IMG/VR virus record: IMGVR_UViG_2865671049_000004
Coordinates: 14,759-78,758 of that record
Length of the DNA stretch: 64,000 bases
Reading direction: 5' to 3' (one strand)
Origin: a virus
Lineage: Duplodnaviria; Caudoviricetes
Shown: positions 62,460 through 64,000 of the stretch, one piece after another
How positions within the stretch are numbered: the stretch's first letter is position 1
Layout: each line of letters opens with the position of its first letter
The notes under the pieces: model-generated
Database searches by the model: none
Told to the model about the DNA's origin: nothing
Seen by the model: the letters and a program-made list of their open reading frames with translations, nothing else
Translations under genes and position numbers: made by a program

Positions 62460-62495
62460 AGCGCCCCGTCTGACCTTCGGGTCGGTCGGGGCGCT
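62460..62495 (+). terminator. Terminator ending the lysis operon
   Basis: agcgccccg..gacc-TTCG-ggtc..cggggcgct followed by tcgtcgt. Confidence 0.8.
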
Positions 62496-62544
62496 TCGTC
62501 GTGTCTGCGACCGGCAGCGCCGCCACCTGTCGCATGATGCGTCC

Positions 62545-62955
62545 ATGAGTCACCCCCGCGCCCGTGTCACCCTGCCCGACGGCCAGACGGTCGACGCTCT
62601 GGTGCTGGCCCGGGAGCGGGCGGAGGACGGCACGTGGTGGTACTCCCTGCGGCTCACGCTGCCGGGGCCGACGAAGGTCGACTTCAAGGCGTCGCCTCCG
62701 ACGGTCCAGCCGATCCCCGGCGAGGACTACAGCCTCCTGCCGGGCCCGGCGGCGACCTCCTCGGCGTGGCTGCTGACGGAACTGCGGCGGGCCGGCGATC
62801 CGATGCTGCTGCTGCACCGGGCCGACTGCTGGCTGGCCCCGACGGACTCCCGGCCGGTCACCGACGCCGAGATGCGCGCCCTGGTCGAGGCCGGCGCCCG
62901 GCAGTGCGACGCCTGCCTCCCAGACAGGGAAGCCACGTGGGACGCCAGGTCGTAG
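62545..62955 (+). CDS. DUF6233-like protein
   Basis: LLHRADCW...ARQCDACLPD. Confidence 0.7.
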   Translation: MSHPRARVTLPDGQTVDALVLARERAEDGTWWYSLRLTLPGPTKVDFKASPPTVQPIPGEDYSLLPGPAATSSAWLLTELRRAGDPMLLLHRADCWLAPTDSRPVTDAEMRALVEAGARQCDACLPDREATWDARS

Positions 62956-62959
62956 GCGG

Positions 62960-63280
62960 TCAGGCGTCGGTGCTGGCCCGGGCGGCGTCCTTGAGTGCCT
63001 GCTCCGTCACCGGGTGACAGCCCTCAGCTAGGGCCTGCTGCATGGTCGGGTGCTGCCGGACGGCGGTGGCCGCAGCAGCCACGGCGGCCCGCAGGGCGAG
63101 GTGCCGATCGCTGATGTTGGCGGGCCAGGTCTGGCGCTCCACGATCTGCTCCTCCCCCGGGAACTCGATCCGGCGGGCAGCGGACACTTCCTCGACGTAC
63201 GTGTCCAGCTCGGCGCGCGCGGCATCGAGGGCACGCTGGAGGGTGATCAGGTCATCAGGCAGAGGCAGAGCATCAGGCAT
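62960..63280 (-). CDS. Hypothetical protein
   Basis: MPDALPLPDDLITLQRA...QALKDAARA. Confidence 0.7.
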   Translation of the reverse strand: MPDALPLPDDLITLQRALDAARAELDTYVEEVSAARRIEFPGEEQIVERQTWPANISDRHLALRAAVAAAATAVRQHPTMQQALAEGCHPVTEQALKDAARASTDA

Positions 63281-63337
63281 GCGGTGATCGTACGGGCGGC
63301 CACCGACAGGACGTCCTCGGCTCGCTAAGCTGCCGGG

Positions 63338-64000
63338 ATGACGATCAGGGCAGTGGTGTTCGATGTCGGCGAGTGCCTGGTGGACGAGACCCGCGAGTAC
63401 GGGACGTGGGCTGACTGGCTGGGCGTTCCGCGGCATACGTTCGTCGCGCAGTTCGGTGCGGTCATCGCCGAGGGCCGGGACTACCGGGAGACGTTCCAGG
63501 TGTTCCGGCCGGGCTTCGACCTGTACGAGGAGCGCGAGAAGCGCGCGGCGGCCGGGAAGCCGGAGTGGTTCGGAGAGGAGGACATCTACTCGGACGTCCG
63601 CCCCGCGTTCGCCCAGCTTCGGGCGGACGGCCTGTGGCTGGCCATCGCCGGCAACCAGACGGTGCGGGCCGGCGGCCTGCTGCGCGAGCTGTTCACCGGC
63701 GACGTCGACCTGATCGGCACCTCGGACGACTGGGGCGCCAGCAAGCCCGACGTGGCGTTCTTCGACCGCGTCGCCGAGGTCACGCCGGCTGCCCTCGACG
63801 AGATCCTGTACGTCGGGGACCGCCTCGACAACGACGTGCTGCCGGCGCTCGCCGCGGGGATGCGCACCGCGCTGATCCGGCGCGGCCCGTGGGGCTGGAT
63901 CCAGCAGCACGACCCGGCCGCCGACCGGTCGACGTTCCGCATCGACTCGCTGGCCGAGCTGCCCGCGTTGATCGAGAAGCTCAACGCTGGAGAGAGCTGA
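63338..64000 (+). CDS. HAD-family hydrolase
   Basis: VVFDVGECLVD; AGNQ; SKP; YVGDRLDNDV. Confidence 0.93.
   Translation: MTIRAVVFDVGECLVDETREYGTWADWLGVPRHTFVAQFGAVIAEGRDYRETFQVFRPGFDLYEEREKRAAAGKPEWFGEEDIYSDVRPAFAQLRADGLWLAIAGNQTVRAGGLLRELFTGDVDLIGTSDDWGASKPDVAFFDRVAEVTPAALDEILYVGDRLDNDVLPALAAGMRTALIRRGPWGWIQQHDPAADRSTFRIDSLAELPALIEKLNAGES

Larger units (their letters stand above)
1..62500. mobile_element. Temperate siphophage-like element (prophage or phage-plasmid) carrying a TraA/TraB conjugation module; left end lies outside the window
   Basis: Terminase, portal, capsid, tail, tape measure, amidase lysin/holins, cro/cI switch, DnaB plus initiator, traB with Walker A; no integrase or att seen. 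Confidence 0.92.

Noticed and set aside
1-64000. tRNA/rRNA genes to accompany the Thg1-like and TGT-like enzymes
   Set aside because: No cloverleaf with T-loop GTTCGA/D-loop signatures and no rRNA-like sequence recognised by eye; tRNAscan-SE would be decisive.
62545-64000. Right attachment site or host-prophage boundary after the lysis terminator
   Set aside because: No direct repeat partner can be identified because the left end is outside the window; the DUF6233-like, hypothetical and HAD genes could be either cargo or host.

Overview
High-GC actinobacterial (Streptomyces-type) DNA that is almost entirely one large temperate siphophage-like element. From left to right: (1) a rightward array of small accessory genes (1-8.4 kb), including a queuosine-precursor transporter (VUT/YhhQ-like) plus TGT/DpdA-like transglycosylase pair bracketed by a perfect 20-bp direct repeat; (2) a long leftward early operon (8.4-23.8 kb) with a Thg1-like protein, a MazG fusion, several nucleases, a DnaB helicase and an iteron-containing replication initiator, headed by a cro-like gene; (3) a cI-like repressor; (4) next to the repressor, where an integrase might be expected, a Streptomyces plasmid-type conjugation module (DUF2637/Spd-like gene, traA, FtsK-like traB, candidate clt repeats and a free-standing paralogue of the TraB wHTH domain); (5) a complete head and tail module (33-55 kb) with a -1 frameshifted tail chaperone; (6) an inverted glycosyltransferase/epimerase/methyltransferase operon; (7) a lysis cassette and flanking genes. 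I could not identify an integrase, ParAB system, tRNA or CRISPR array in the window. The best overall reading is a conjugative phage-plasmid or a prophage-AICE hybrid. All family assignments come from motif recognition by eye, and all repeat counts are hand counts.
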